A stretch of DNA of 63,993 nt, the filler included, from Chiloscyllium plagiosum (taxonomy: Eukaryota), in assembly GCF_004010195.1 (NCBI RefSeq). It is 4 parts of one record of this genome, joined end to end, with 100 filler letters (N's around TTAATTAATTAA, not from the genome) between each part and the next. Parts side by side here need not be neighbours in the genome. Positions count along the whole stretch, not along the records: positions 58,289 to 63,993 come from NC_057711.1; 3 more parts are not named here. One strand, written 5' to 3'. A program made the translations under genes and the position numbers. Positions 63,378-63,993 of the stretch are shown piece by piece (within the stretch, counting starts at the first letter, position 1; every line of letters starts with the position of its first letter). A model generated the notes under the pieces. That model was given only the letters and a program-made list of their open reading frames with translations, was not told the origin of the DNA and searched no databases.

Positions 63378-63688
63378 GTAAGGAACCATGTCTGCCTAAG
63401 CCACAACAGAAACTACCCAGAGTGCCCCAGCCTTGACCAAACAGGCTAACTAAGACACTAGGCAGCAAACAGGAGATGACTCAAGCCACTTCCCAAGACA
63501 GCCCGACAATAGACTTCCTAGCCCTCAGTAAGCACAACCGCTCCTGAAGCCCTAAGGGCAGCCTCCCTCCACGCACATACTGGACAAAGGGTTGCTCAGA
63601 CTGAAAGGCACCAAGGTACCTTGCTTGCGGACTAACCACAATGGAAACCCATCGATGCCAGGATAAGAAACATAAGAAACAGGATAAG

Positions 63689-63993
63689 TGGGCGGCACGG
63701 TGGCACAGTGGTTAGCACTGCTGCCTCACAGCGCCTGAGACCCGGGTTCAATTCCCGCCTCAGGCGACTGACTGTGTGGAGTTTGCACATTCTCCCCGTG
63801 TCTGCGTGGGTTTCCTCCGGGTGCTCCGGTTTCCTCCCACAGTCGAAAGATGTGCAGGTCAGGTGAATTGGCCATGCTAAATTGCCCGTAGTGTTAGGTA
63901 AGGGGTAAATGTAGGGGTATGGGTGGGTTGTGCTTCGGCGGGTCGGTGTGGACATGTTGGGCCGAAGGGCCTGTTTCCACACTGTAATGTAAT
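63689..63993 (+). mobile_element. Young HE1-type V-SINE
   Basis: CpG-rich head GGCGGCACGGTGGCACAGTGGTTAGC, complete V-domain. Confidence 0.92.

Noticed and set aside
63323..63615. Frame with three TGA codons and no TAA/TAG (selenoprotein idea)
   Set aside because: Three stops in ~98 codons is compatible with chance; no Sec motif context
63689..63760. tRNA gene
   Set aside because: tRNA-derived SINE head followed by V-domain and LINE tail, not a standalone tRNA

Overview
Repeat-rich vertebrate genomic DNA from a cartilaginous fish. The HE1-type V-SINEs and HER1/CR1 LINEs are shark/ray elements; a carpet-shark origin is my inference only. Most of the window is decayed, nested retroelements: CR1/HER1 (one near full-length copy with an SGNH-esterase ORF1), a second L2/CR1-like family, Tx1, Rex1, a young L1 endonuclease fragment, Penelope-like elements (PLEs), several tRNA-derived SINE families and two non-autonomous DNA transposons. 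Three 100-nt N gaps carry a TTAATTAATTAA spacer and are assembly artefacts. The strongest signal is at least four sequence families of minimal type I hammerhead ribozyme motifs (CTGATGA-stem II-GAAA-palindromic stem III-NUH). They sit on PLE ends and on 75-220 bp TSD-flanked monomers and inverted dimers. Other notable items are a 109-bp-arm hairpin, a tRNA-SINE/LINE chimera, a decayed Cys-rich intronless coding relic, a TATA/AP-1 promoter with a signal-peptide exon, and a phase-consistent chain of candidate + strand exons. No host gene could be named. Repeat boundaries are approximate unless a TSD is quoted.
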